Virus record (IMG/VR): IMGVR_UViG_3300021256_000085
Location: 1 to 64,000 of that record
Direction: 5' to 3' (one strand)
Length of the DNA: 64,000 nt
DNA from: a virus
Taxonomy: Duplodnaviria; Caudoviricetes
Shown: piece by piece, positions 47,382-58,900 of the stretch
Layout of the letters: every line of letters starts with the position of its first letter
How positions within the stretch are numbered: position 1 is the first letter of the stretch
Program-made: the position numbers and the translations under genes
The notes under the pieces: model-generated
The model's input: only the letters and a program-made list of their open reading frames with translations
Databases searched by the model: none
What the model was told of the DNA's origin: nothing

Positions 47382-48824
47382 ATGAGTAAAATTAATTCCA
47401 CATCTATGACAAAGAAGTTGTCAACAGTTCAAACAAGTGTTGGTGAAATTGCAGGACAGGTTACAAATACCGCTGCAGCTCAATCAAATATTGCTCTTCT
47501 TCGTAGAGCAGTTCTTGCAAATCTTCTATGGGAGAATATTGCATACATGGATGGTCAACGAGTGGCTGATGAGATTAAGCGACTTATTCCATTGTGTGAT
47601 CCGGCTTTTGTAGCTCAACTTGTCGTTGAAGCTCGTACTATGCAAAAGCTCCGTCATACACCTCTATTTATTGCGGTAGAGATGTGTAAGTATGACACAA
47701 CTCGTCCTTATGTAAAGGATATTCTTCCGAAGATTATTACCCGTGCAGATATGCTTACCGACTTCTTGGCTCTTTACTGGGCCGATGGAAAGTGCCCTAT
47801 TTGTAACTCGGCTAAGAAGGGTCTTGCACAAGCATTCCATAACTTCAATGAGTACAAGTTTGCCAAGTATGATAGAAATACTCCTATCAAGTTGCGTGAT
47901 GTAATGTTTATGGTTCGTCCAAAGCCTGAAACCCCACTTGAAGCTGAACTTTACAAGAAGATTGCTGACCGTACTCTTGAAACTCCTGAGACATGGGAGG
48001 TACTTCTTTCACTTGCACATACAAATAAGGAAAAGGTAGCAGTTTGGACCAAGCTTATTAATGAAGGTAAGATTGGTGGTAAGGCTATGCTTATGAACCT
48101 TCGTAACATGCAGAATGTAGGAGTTCCTCGTCCTGTTATTACAAAGGGACTTAAGGAGCTTAAGGGAGCTATGCTTCTTCCTCTTGACTTCTTGAAGGCT
48201 ATGCGTGAGAGCAATGGTCTTGACAGGGAAATTGAGGATGCTATGCTCAATACATACAAGGATATGCCAAAGCTTCCTGGAAAGACTTTGTTCATTGTAG
48301 ACGTATCTGGTTCTATGGGATCACTTACATCTGGTGGATCAGTATTCTCTCGTTTGGATCAAGCTTGTTCAATGGCAATGCTCGCAGCCAATCAATGTAC
48401 TGACTTTGAACTTGTATGTACAGCAGGTTCAGATGGTGATCGTAGTGAGGAGCAAATCCGTATTGAATATCCTTCAAAGGGATTCCAGCTTTTCCAAGAG
48501 ATTCAAGATTCACGTCGTACTGTAGGAGGTGGTGGTATCTTCACATACCAATGTCTTGAAAAGCTTCGTAAGAAGCTTGGTAACAAGATATATGATTATA
48601 CACGAATCATTGTATTCTCTGACTCTCAGGATATTGATGTAAGTTGTGGATCCAATAAGAAGCCTCGTCCATTTGGTAAGTACAATTACATCTGTGATGT
48701 ATCTTGCCATACTCGAGGTATCAATTACAATGGTGTATGGACCGCAGAAATTTCTGGATGGTCAGAACACTTCCTCACATACATTGCTGCCTTTGAAGGT
48801 ATTGAGAATACCTTTGATGAATAA
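47382..48824 (+). CDS. TROVE domain (Ro60/Rsr-like) ribonucleoprotein with vWA domain
   Basis: LRRAVLANLLWE, LRHTPLF, FAKYDR...IKLRDV, PETWEVLLS, AMLMNLRN; vWA FIVDVSGSM; IIVFSDSQD. Confidence 0.9.
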   Translation: MSKINSTSMTKKLSTVQTSVGEIAGQVTNTAAAQSNIALLRRAVLANLLWENIAYMDGQRVADEIKRLIPLCDPAFVAQLVVEARTMQKLRHTPLFIAVEMCKYDTTRPYVKDILPKIITRADMLTDFLALYWADGKCPICNSAKKGLAQAFHNFNEYKFAKYDRNTPIKLRDVMFMVRPKPETPLEAELYKKIADRTLETPETWEVLLSLAHTNKEKVAVWTKLINEGKIGGKAMLMNLRNMQNVGVPRPVITKGLKELKGAMLLPLDFLKAMRESNGLDREIEDAMLNTYKDMPKLPGKTLFIVDVSGSMGSLTSGGSVFSRLDQACSMAMLAANQCTDFELVCTAGSDGDRSEEQIRIEYPSKGFQLFQEIQDSRRTVGGGGIFTYQCLEKLRKKLGNKIYDYTRIIVFSDSQDIDVSCGSNKKPRPFGKYNYICDVSCHTRGINYNGVWTAEISGWSEHFLTYIAAFEGIENTFDE

Positions 48825-48856
48825 AAAATGGAAGGTTTCAAAACCTTCCATTTTTT
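48823..48856. terminator. bidirectional terminator
   Basis: AAAAAATGGAAGGTTT-CA-AAACCTTCCATTTTTT between convergent genes. Confidence 0.85.
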
Positions 48857-49334
48857 ATTTTTTAAGTTCTTTTATATATTTCTTAAGGCATTTTAATTCA
48901 TCATCATGAAATCTTCCATCCAATATTTTAAATCCCCAAGAACATGCTTTGTCTGATGATAGTTCTTGAAGGTCTTTATCATCTACAAGTTCTTTATTAT
49001 ATAAAACCCAATATAATGTTGATTTTCCAATATATTTGTTTTTGTTTTTCTGAACATATATACCCCTTTTGTCAAATTTTAATGTTTTAAGAAAATCATT
49101 CCTATCTGCATATTTTTCATCAAGATATTCAACAACTATATTATTTTTAAGGACTTTTACAATTTTGACCATTTCTCTAATCTGAGCGGCATAATGATGT
49201 GTGTCATATTTAATTAAAATACATTCATCACCAACATTAAAAGTAAAATCATCATCCGTACGACGAGAAGTTAATCCTAAAAACATATGTTCGGTATTTT
49301 TAGATTCATAAATAAAATCTTTAATATCTTTCAT
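48855..49334 (-). CDS. hypothetical with capsid-targeting-like leader
   Basis: MKDIKDFIYES. Confidence 0.7.
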   Translation of the reverse strand: MKDIKDFIYESKNTEHMFLGLTSRRTDDDFTFNVGDECILIKYDTHHYAAQIREMVKIVKVLKNNIVVEYLDEKYADRNDFLKTLKFDKRGIYVQKNKNKYIGKSTLYWVLYNKELVDDKDLQELSSDKACSWGFKILDGRFHDDELKCLKKYIKELKK

Positions 49335-49336
49335 AT

Positions 49337-49612
49337 TTAAACTTCATGACCAAATATTTTTATATCATCACAATATAAAGTTTGTGTTTTCTTGTTATAT
49401 GTTCCAATATGCTCCATCATCTTGTCTTTATGATTAGGTACATATACAACTTCTAAATCAGGATCACTTTCATAATTACCAACTAAAACATCTTCTTTAG
49501 TTTCTTTCTTCCATTTATCCCAATCTGATTTTGTATATTTTACTTTTTCACTAAAAGCATTACCAGAAAATTCATTTACTGATTGATTAATATATTCATT
49601 AATTTGTTTCAT
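49337..49612 (-). CDS. hypothetical with capsid-targeting-like leader
   Basis: MKQINEYINQSVNEF. Confidence 0.7.
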   Translation of the reverse strand: MKQINEYINQSVNEFSGNAFSEKVKYTKSDWDKWKKETKEDVLVGNYESDPDLEVVYVPNHKDKMMEHIGTYNKKTQTLYCDDIKIFGHEV

Positions 49613-49636
49613 ATATATACTTATAATTATATTTCT

Positions 49637-50338
49637 TTACCATCTTTTAAATTCATGGCTTTCATATTTTTTAGTTGGCATTTCATTATTAATAAATTTG
49701 GCAATAATATCTCCTTTAGTAAATGGGCAATCTAATCCCCATAAATCATCCCACCAAGAAGGAACTTCACGATATTCTACCATTTCCCAGTGTGGACAAT
49801 TTTTACATCTCTTATAATGGAATTGATATTCTTTATGTCCAGTTCCAGATACGTGAATTCCTGCACCAACAGGGCCACCTGAAAAATATTGATATACAAT
49901 ATCTACTAAACCAGTTTCTTTATATTCCATTTCTTTAGCACATGAAGGACAAATTAATCCTTGTTTTCTTAATTCTTCATATTTGTCTTCTTCAACATTA
50001 TCTAACCAAGCCTTGAATTCTTTGATTCTTTTATTGATAACTTTAATAACAGCTTCCATTCCATAGTTTTCATATTGGAAAACTAATTTCCAAAGTTGTT
50101 CTTTAATAGCTTGAGTAGTCTTATTATTGTCAAATGTATTTTGCTCTTTACCTAAAACAATATCATATTTTTTGAAAGCATCTTTTAATGTTTGCTCATC
50201 TTTATATGATTCAAGAGTTTCAATAAGTTTAGCAATATCAAATTGTGGTTGAATAGTTCCTAAACAAAGCATTTCTTCTTTAGGTTCAAAAAACAATTTA
50301 TAAATAAAAAATTTAATCTTATTCCAAATCTTTTTCAT
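49637..50338 (-). CDS. hypothetical with Zn ribbon
   Basis: ICPSC...RCKNCPHW. Confidence 0.7.
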   Translation of the reverse strand: MKKIWNKIKFFIYKLFFEPKEEMLCLGTIQPQFDIAKLIETLESYKDEQTLKDAFKKYDIVLGKEQNTFDNNKTTQAIKEQLWKLVFQYENYGMEAVIKVINKRIKEFKAWLDNVEEDKYEELRKQGLICPSCAKEMEYKETGLVDIVYQYFSGGPVGAGIHVSGTGHKEYQFHYKRCKNCPHWEMVEYREVPSWWDDLWGLDCPFTKGDIIAKFINNEMPTKKYESHEFKRW

Positions 50339-51219
50339 TTTATAACTGATTTTATAAATTTATCATCTTTAAGTTTATTCAATGCAGAGCCACGTTGATT
50401 TGGTAATGCCGATTGTTCATCATTTTTCTTAGTTCCACCCTTAAATGTTTGTGGCATATTTTCTCTAGATGGAGAATTCTCAGCTGGATAATTATTTGAT
50501 TTAATATCCATCAATCTCTCACATAACCAATCAACAATACTTTTAAAATCTTTGCATTCATCTATATAATTAATATAATCATCAATAAGATCTTTATTAA
50601 AAATATCTTCTATATATTTTTGAAGTTTTGCCTTCGTCATTTCATCATCATATAAGTTTGGTCCAGAAACACTATTATATGGTAATTGATGCACATCTTG
50701 TTTAGCTTTTACGGCGGCAATTGTTCCTTGTACGGCTTTTAACATTTGAATAGGTGAAATATCTCCATCATAATTAAAAGATAATATTTTACCATTTGGA
50801 TTTAATATAATAGATTGAGCCCATGAATGATGTCCATCTATAATATAGTTTTCTCTAAAAGTCACAATTGGTTTATGATTAATAACTATTGGTTTATCAA
50901 ATGTTTGTTTAAAAGCTTTTTTCTGTGTCAATATATATTTTAAAGACTTATTTAAATCAATGTCTGATTGAGTTGGGATTAATTGAGAAACAGGAATTTC
51001 TTTGACAGAAAAAACTAATTTTGTATCACCTAATTCACCACCAAATCCATCTTCTAATAATGCTTTAGCCTTTGGGTCATCCAACATTTTATTTAAAGCA
51101 TCTACATAATCAATATATTTCTTATGTTTCAACCAAGATTCTAATTCTTTCTTACGTTGCTTGTTTGAATTAGTTGATATACCAGAAGACTCAAATATAT
51201 ATTGAGAGAATATTTTCAT
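50335..51219 (-). CDS. ParB/Srx-like domain protein with capsid-targeting-like leader
   Basis: IPVSQLIPTQ...PIV...YIIDGHHSW; MKIFSQYIFES. Confidence 0.65.
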   Translation of the reverse strand: MKIFSQYIFESSGISTNSNKQRKKELESWLKHKKYIDYVDALNKMLDDPKAKALLEDGFGGELGDTKLVFSVKEIPVSQLIPTQSDIDLNKSLKYILTQKKAFKQTFDKPIVINHKPIVTFRENYIIDGHHSWAQSIILNPNGKILSFNYDGDISPIQMLKAVQGTIAAVKAKQDVHQLPYNSVSGPNLYDDEMTKAKLQKYIEDIFNKDLIDDYINYIDECKDFKSIVDWLCERLMDIKSNNYPAENSPSRENMPQTFKGGTKKNDEQSALPNQRGSALNKLKDDKFIKSVIK

Positions 51220-51228
51220 TGTTAATAT

Positions 51229-54200
51229 TTATTTGATTAATATTTTTTTATTGATTTCTTGAGTATTCAACACATTATTATCTAATGAATATTTAATAGA
51301 TAAATCATAATACCCTTTATCATAAGTATTATTAGAAGTAATTGATATAATTGCGGTGTTTGTATTAGCATAAATTATCTTTGATGTATTTGCACCAAAT
51401 GTAACTGGTTTGATATTCCATTTTGAAGATATATTCAAGTTAACCGGTAACATTTTGTTATTATATAAAGAACAAACAATAATATCATCTTGGTTAAAAT
51501 GATATATATTCTCTTTATAGTTTATTTTCATTCTATTAATTAAAAACAAATCACGTTTAGATTGATGTTTTAAATAATATTCTTTAAAGTTTATCTCTTG
51601 AGGATATTGATTTAACTCAACTAAATTATCAAATAAATTACAAGTATTTTTAGAAATAAACATAATGTACCAATATTCTTCTACTTCTTGTCCTTCAATA
51701 GGTAGAGTTTCTGGTCCATGCATTAAATACATATCATATTCCTCATTATTTGTAATATGTATATATGAATCCCAAATTTCTTTGATAGTGTTTGACTCAT
51801 TAGTTTCCGAATTCAATAAATCAATTGAATATCTCTTATAATAGAATTCTTTATAAAAATCAACTAAATTCTTATCATAATTCTTATCTTGATCTTTAGG
51901 TAAGTATTTGATTTTTTGATTAATTTCCCAATATTTATATAAATGAGGAATAACAGTAAATGTGGATGATGAATAGTTTGAATTAATCTTAAAATATAAT
52001 AGAACTTGTTTTTCTTTTCCGGTTAATTCTAATCGTTTAAATTGATTATAATTTGAATTAGTCTCTAAGATATTATCAAATTCTTGTATATCTAAATGAT
52101 TGTCATTTTCATCAATTATATCTACACAAATAACAAATAGATTTCTCTTGTCACCATTCTTGTTAAACTCACAACAAGGAATGAAATTTCCACTTAACCC
52201 TGTAATATTTTTGCATAAATAATTGATATATTTAAAAGTATAATTCTCATCATTATCAAAATCAGCATTTTCTATTTCATTATAATGGTATAAATTATTC
52301 TTGTTAATATCATCAATCAATACATTATTCTCTTCATCATATGTTGCCCAATATAATGAAGGATTATCACCAGATAATTCGGTTAATTTATCTATATATT
52401 TAGAATCATAGTATCTAATATATTTACTAGATTTAATCAACGGAACATTAGTATATTTTGTAAAACCTCCATTTTTATTTGGAAGATTTAAAGTACAAGT
52501 TGCTGAATTATCATCAATCTTTACAAAATCTTCACTTAATGGTTTTACATTATTAATTAATGATTCACTATAATAACCATATAGATTCAATATCTTGATA
52601 ATGTCATAATAATAGAAATCCAATCTAGCATATATTGATCTGTCTACTAATTCTGAACTTTTCATTCTTTGATAAAGTTCTGGAGTATATTGAACAAATT
52701 GATCTTGATTATTTGTTTTAATTTTTAAATATGGTGTAAAATGGAAATATAATAAATATTTATAATCTTCTGTTGTATAATATAGTTTTTGATTTAATGA
52801 GTCATATTCAACATTCTTATAATTGAAATTATCTAACATTGAAGATAATATTGGTTCTTTAGAAAAATCAACATTTAAGTTAATATTTGATTGATTATCT
52901 CTAATTTCATCAATTTTATAGATAAAATATCCTATATTGATTTTTTTATCATGATCTTCTTTAATAGTATATAATGAATCAGCGGATTGTATTGGAGTTA
53001 TAATATTACCATTTTCATCTCTTGATAATATATAATACCAAGCACTATCTTCTTTTAATGTAATACTATTATTCAATTCATTAAACTCTTCATTCAAATA
53101 ATAGTTATAGTCATCTTTAGTATTTATTTCTTTACTAATTTGATTAACAAAACTAATACGTAATGTATTGTCTAATGGTGAAGATCTTTCAATTAATATA
53201 TTATCACATAAAGCTCTAAGATTTGATTTAAACTTCAACAAATCTAATATATTACCAGATTTATCTTTCAATGATAATTCTTTTTTATATAAATCATAAA
53301 GATGTACTCTATTCAAATATTTAGAGTTATGACTGATATTAATATTTTCTTGATATTTGTTTACTAATTCAGTTATATCCTTCTTGATAGATTGGCTGAT
53401 TTCACTATCTAATAAATCTTTATATTTCTTTTGGTATAATCCAAATTGTGTACTATTCACATGTACAAAATCTGAATCATTCATATAAGAATTGAAATGA
53501 ACTTGATTATCATCAATATAATCAATTTGGGTGAAATTAGAAAAATATTTAGTTGGACTATCAAAAAAATCTTTATTTTCAATATATTCGGTAATATCTA
53601 ATGAATCATCCTTTTGACCATCTTCTTTATTATAAAAATTAAAGATAATTTTAGTATTATTCACATATGATATTCTTCCTAATGAATCAACATTTTTTAT
53701 AATTTCTCCATTTTCATCTTTTTGACTATTTAAATGATAAAGATAATTAAAATAGTTAATATCATTAATCCAATATTTATATTCCAAAGTACCAATATGA
53801 ACATCTAATTCATGTATTTTTGAAGTAAATGTATATTCATACCAATAGTTGTTTACATTCAAATAAACTGTATATGATTTATTCACATAAGTATATAAAT
53901 GCAAATTAGATAATTCTTCAATCATCTTTGGATAAAATACAAATCCATTATATGTACAATTCTGATTTGATACAAAAGAGAATTGTGACTTATATATAAT
54001 TTGATTCAATAAATTATCTTTTAATATAAAAATACAATTATAATATCCAAATTCTGGAAATTTGATTGGGATAAATAGACACGTATCATTAATCAAATAT
54101 TGGGTATTATTTGTATTTAAATATTTTATCTCATTAAAGTTTTTATCAACTAAATGTTTTTGATGTGTAAAATACAAGAAATTCTCTTTACTAAAAGTAA

Positions 54201-55473
54201 TATTTAACTTATCTCCACAAGCATCAATAATAGGTTCATAATAATGATCATGAACATAATTCAATTCTTTATAGTCATTAGCATATACTTTATATTCAAC
54301 ATTCAAATTACGTAATGTAATGAACATTGGTAGAAAATATGTTTGGTAATAATATGCCAAACAAGATAATTTGAACATCAAGTCATATAAAGAGTATTGA
54401 AAATATGTTGATAAATATTTGAATTGTTGATCTTCTAAATATTCTTCAGTTGATATAATTGTTTCTTTATTTGTCAAATCTCGTAATTTTGGTAAACCTT
54501 CACCCCAAAATTGATCTTTTATAGATTGCTTATATCTTTCTCCGGTATCTTCATTCAATTTGAATTGGAGAGATATATATTGAGTATTGATAAAAAATCT
54601 AAAGGCTTTAATTAAATCAGTATGAATTTCAAAATAATCACGTACATATTGATTTTTGAATTCATTATCAGTTTCAATTAACTTATATATATTTAAGTAT
54701 TTACCAAATCCAAACCACTTTAATGATTGAATTGCAGAATTATAATTACCACATTCTCCTTTGATTCCCATGTAGTTAATCATATATTCTTTTAATTTTT
54801 TATTATACAATTCTTCATCAAATACATCATTATCAAATGGAGTTCCATTAATAGCTTTCAATATTTCATGTGGTAAATTGACACCCATATTTCTACCATT
54901 AATAGTCAAAGATTCATATTCAGCATTGAAAATTCCACCAATGGTAATAGGACACCAAACTTCTTTGTTTGAATATTTGTTATTAATATGAATTAGTATA
55001 TTTGACAACCATGTTCCAACATATTTTGCATTTGCTACAACATATATTGGGATCATAATATAATTCTTATCACCTTCTGAAACTTTTAAAATCAATATCT
55101 CATCATCTTGATTTGAATCTAGTTTTTGATATTTATTACTTTCAGATATCAAGATGTTATTTAATATTGATTTTTCTTGATGTAATGCATTTTGAAATTC
55201 ATTGACTTTAATCATACTAAATATTTCTGATTCTAAAGTCAAGTCAATATCATATATATTAGAAATAACTGTATTTTCTAAATCTGTAATATTATCAACT
55301 TCATATAAAATATTAATTATTTTCCCATAATAATTATTGATTGACAAATGATTGTTATTGTTGGAATCATTAAACCAAAAAATATAATCTTGTTCATCAT
55401 ATTCATATCCAATTGGATTTTGGGTATACTCTTTTAAATTAAAAATATGAGCGCTATTATCTATAAATTGCAT
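51229..55473 (-). CDS. large virion structural protein (baseplate-wedge-like)
   Basis: 1414 aa, N/Y-rich; YMGIKGECGNYNSAIQSLKWFGF resembles wedge-protein KG...S...L..fG pattern; late motif upstream. Confidence 0.4.
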   Translation of the reverse strand: MQFIDNSAHIFNLKEYTQNPIGYEYDEQDYIFWFNDSNNNNHLSINNYYGKIINILYEVDNITDLENTVISNIYDIDLTLESEIFSMIKVNEFQNALHQEKSILNNILISESNKYQKLDSNQDDEILILKVSEGDKNYIMIPIYVVANAKYVGTWLSNILIHINNKYSNKEVWCPITIGGIFNAEYESLTINGRNMGVNLPHEILKAINGTPFDNDVFDEELYNKKLKEYMINYMGIKGECGNYNSAIQSLKWFGFGKYLNIYKLIETDNEFKNQYVRDYFEIHTDLIKAFRFFINTQYISLQFKLNEDTGERYKQSIKDQFWGEGLPKLRDLTNKETIISTEEYLEDQQFKYLSTYFQYSLYDLMFKLSCLAYYYQTYFLPMFITLRNLNVEYKVYANDYKELNYVHDHYYEPIIDACGDKLNITFSKENFLYFTHQKHLVDKNFNEIKYLNTNNTQYLINDTCLFIPIKFPEFGYYNCIFILKDNLLNQIIYKSQFSFVSNQNCTYNGFVFYPKMIEELSNLHLYTYVNKSYTVYLNVNNYWYEYTFTSKIHELDVHIGTLEYKYWINDINYFNYLYHLNSQKDENGEIIKNVDSLGRISYVNNTKIIFNFYNKEDGQKDDSLDITEYIENKDFFDSPTKYFSNFTQIDYIDDNQVHFNSYMNDSDFVHVNSTQFGLYQKKYKDLLDSEISQSIKKDITELVNKYQENINISHNSKYLNRVHLYDLYKKELSLKDKSGNILDLLKFKSNLRALCDNILIERSSPLDNTLRISFVNQISKEINTKDDYNYYLNEEFNELNNSITLKEDSAWYYILSRDENGNIITPIQSADSLYTIKEDHDKKINIGYFIYKIDEIRDNQSNINLNVDFSKEPILSSMLDNFNYKNVEYDSLNQKLYYTTEDYKYLLYFHFTPYLKIKTNNQDQFVQYTPELYQRMKSSELVDRSIYARLDFYYYDIIKILNLYGYYSESLINNVKPLSEDFVKIDDNSATCTLNLPNKNGGFTKYTNVPLIKSSKYIRYYDSKYIDKLTELSGDNPSLYWATYDEENNVLIDDINKNNLYHYNEIENADFDNDENYTFKYINYLCKNITGLSGNFIPCCEFNKNGDKRNLFVICVDIIDENDNHLDIQEFDNILETNSNYNQFKRLELTGKEKQVLLYFKINSNYSSSTFTVIPHLYKYWEINQKIKYLPKDQDKNYDKNLVDFYKEFYYKRYSIDLLNSETNESNTIKEIWDSYIHITNNEEYDMYLMHGPETLPIEGQEVEEYWYIMFISKNTCNLFDNLVELNQYPQEINFKEYYLKHQSKRDLFLINRMKINYKENIYHFNQDDIIVCSLYNNKMLPVNLNISSKWNIKPVTFGANTSKIIYANTNTAIISITSNNTYDKGYYDLSIKYSLDNNVLNTQEINKKILIK

Positions 55474-55495
55474 TACTTTCTAAGTTATCTAATAT

Positions 55496-55509
55496 TATAT
55501 ATAAAAATA
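55496..55509 (-). promoter_or_regulatory. candidate late promoter motif
   Basis: TATTTTTATATATA on minus strand, 22 nt before ATG 55473. Confidence 0.55.
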
Positions 55510-55598
55510 AAAATCGAGTTTTATATAATCTGGATTTTTTGAAAATAATTAATGAAATTAAACTATTTTAATTATTATAAATATATTTATAAAGTTCA

Positions 55599-55961
55599 AT
55601 GGAAAATAATAAAGTTCTTGGATTAGATGGGAAATTATATGATCCAGCTCCTGAAAATGTTAATGTGTTTGAAGATAATACTCCTCCAACTCCACAAACC
55701 GGTATGATTATGGATAATATTGATAACCCATTAGAAAATAAAGAAAATACTCAAAGTTTAAATGAATTAGAAAATAAGACTAAAATTGATGCTAAAGCAT
55801 TACAAAGATTAATGAGTTATCAAAATAGATTACCATCGGTTAGAGAATTTCCAAAAATAGGTAGAAATGACCCTTGTCCTTGTGGTAGTGGAAAGAAATA
55901 TAAGAACTGTTGCTTATCTTCAGGAAAATATGAAAAACTTGTAAAACAAACTAAAAAATAA
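55599..55961 (+). CDS. SEC-C motif protein
   Basis: [20 protein letters not shown]. Confidence 0.9.
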   Translation: MENNKVLGLDGKLYDPAPENVNVFEDNTPPTPQTGMIMDNIDNPLENKENTQSLNELENKTKIDAKALQRLMSYQNRLPSVREFPKIGRNDPCPCGSGKKYKNCCLSSGKYEKLVKQTKK

Positions 55962-55994
55962 AAAAAATGGAAGTTTAAAAAGCTTCCATTTTTT
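55961..55994. terminator. bidirectional terminator, similar to 48823
   Basis: AAAAAAATGGAAGTTT-AAA-AAGCTTCCATTTTTT. Confidence 0.8.
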
Positions 55995-58900
55995 ATTCAT
56001 CAAAATTAAATAATGAATATTGTGAATTATTTTTTATAACCTCATCATCAATAATATTATCTGGAATATTCATGACATTACTTAAATGATTAGTATTCTT
56101 TTGTTTGTTCATAAATCTAGTATTAGATCCATCTAATTCAGAATACTTGTAATAATCAAATGGTTTATTCACTATATTCACAATATCATCTTTAATATCA
56201 TCTAAAGTTAATTTTTGTGTATGTGGTAATTGATAATCATATATGAATCCATTATTATCATCTTCAGTTGGTTTCATATTATTCACCAAATCTTGTAAAA
56301 AGAATTCTTTAGTGTTCATATATCCACCAAATATATCATCTACATCAATTTTCTTTTCCCAAATCAATGTGAATGGTTCAATATGTATAATTCCTTGTTT
56401 AGATTCTTTTTTAATGACAATCACATCAAATAAATCTTTAACTAAATCATACATTGAATCTAAATATCCAATATCATCAACCACCACATTCTTTACCACA
56501 TTACATATCTTTGCTGTATAATTACCAATCCATTGTTGAATATCCTCTTTATTCAAATATGGATTTTCCTTAGCAAATTTTTGTGCATCAACAATAAATT
56601 TATAAATTGGTAAATCTATTCTATTCTTACGACGATTATCTTCAATAATTACAAATCTCTTAATTCTTGTCAACTTTGAATAATTAATTCTTCCAGATTT
56701 TCGTTCTTGACAATACTTGAATATCTTTACAATAATTTCAGGATCATAGAATTTATATAATGTCAAATATATTGGTAGATTCTTTAATACAATCTCTAAA
56801 TCTTCAGCATATAGATTATTTTCTTCTCGAATTTCTTTATATTCATCATCAGTAAAAATACTATATGAACCTTTTAATATATCTTTATAAATATCAATAT
56901 TTGAATCATCAATGTGTTCAAGAAATTTAAATGTCTTAACAGTATTCTCACAAAAATGATGATTTCTACAATCTTTGATAATTTGTTCAGCTGAATCTTG
57001 ATCTAATATAATCTCATCCGGATTATCATGAGTTTTTATATTTATAGTATATCCATAATATTTCAAGCTATTCATCAATACTTGTAATTGTTTTGAATAT
57101 TCTGAATATCTTTCTTCAAATATTTGTAATTTAAAAGCTGTCTCATCAATATAATATTTAGCATCATTTTCATCATACTTTATATATTTATTAGTTGATA
57201 ATAAAGATGATATCAATGGATTATATTTTGATTCTTCTTCATTACGTTCAATCATATCATTACAAGTTTGAATAAAATCTTTTATTAATAACAAAGTAGA
57301 ATTATCAAAATCTAAATTCAATCTATTAGTAGTATAATATGGTATACGATTATTATTTGAGTCAAACATCTCTAAGAATATCTTGATATATAAATCATTA
57401 TTACGTACTCGGTTTGCAAATTGCTCTATATCTTGTGGAATCCATAATTGACTAAAATACACTGTAAAATTATATTTATCACAAATATCAACACCAACAG
57501 ACAAATAGTTTGAGCACATAATTAAATCATTATTACCAATTGACTTATTGACTTCAATATTCACCATTGACTCATTACCATAATTAGATTTCTTGTAATA
57601 AAATGACTTTAAAGGTTTCTTATATCCTTTCTTTAACAATATATCTGAAAGTACACCAATCAATTGATCATAATATAGATTACCATTATTACATGGATAT
57701 ATGATTTTTTTACCATCTATTATATCATCTGCCATATGTTGACACATAATCACTAACTTTTCATTTTTAGTTTGACACATATGTATCTCAACATCTTTGA
57801 CACGATGATCTTCTTTAATCACTTTGATATTCTTGATTCCAGGAAAAAACAATATTTCACCAGTTGGAGTACCAGTCATCATGATAATCTTTGCGCTATG
57901 ACAATTAGCTAATCTTTGAATTGTTGGGGACATTACATCTCGATATGATGAAGTATATAATAAATGAGATTCATCAATAACAATATATTTAAAGTTAGCT
58001 TGGTCAAGTTCCATGATATTCAATCTTGAGAATTTATCAATAGTCATAGCCATATTGTTATCACTTAAGATTTCTTCCAAAGTTGGGCGTTTATTACCAT
58101 AGTAATATAACCAATCTTTAGTTACTTCAGATGCTTCAACTTTAGCTTTAATAGTAGAAGTGAAAGGTAAAATCAATAATGTCTTTTCTTTTAATGACTT
58201 AATCATCTCAGTTTTACCATATCCAGCACCAGCTTCTAACAAAGTTATATTTTCAAGATTATCTAAGATTTGTGATTTGATATCGGATAAATATTGATTA
58301 GATTTCAAATAAAGATATGTCTTGTCAATATTATCATTCAATACTTTAATTGGATCAATACTATTATCTATTTGGTCAATCTTTTCTTGTAATTGATTTA
58401 TCTCATCATTATATACACTATTATTGACTTTGATATTAAATCCATGATCTTTATTTAAAGTTTCAACAGCCCATAAAGATATAGGTTTATTATGCAATGC
58501 CGCCGTCTTGATGTCTCCTTTTAATTCTTGATATGGAGTATTTGCACAAATATCTAATATTAATGCTAATGCTTTTTGTTCACCATATAATGCAGTTAAT
58601 GTATTAGCTATTTGCCAACGTTGAATATGTTTATAGTGAATTTTCTTATTCTTAGATATATCTCGTTCATCAACATTTAGGATATTTTCTACATCAATTG
58701 GTTGGTTGACTCTATCATTTGAGAACCATTCTAGTTTCTTGAAAATCTCTTTTAACTCAGGATGATATATCCAATTAATTGACTCAACTCCATTATTTAA
58801 AGCTGGTTCAAAATTTACATCTAATCTTTGATTGTTAAAATTTGTGTTAATTAAGATATTATAATCACTACCAATGAAAATACCTTGTTGTGGTTTAGCC

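Noticed and set aside
47232-47382. Y RNA upstream of TROVE
   Set aside because: The spacer is almost pure A/T with no stem able to form a Y RNA. Recorded as an absence in the findings.
48334-48909. Alternative + and - frame ORFs inside or overlapping the TROVE gene
   Set aside because: They are a by-product of the higher GC content of TROVE and have no motifs.
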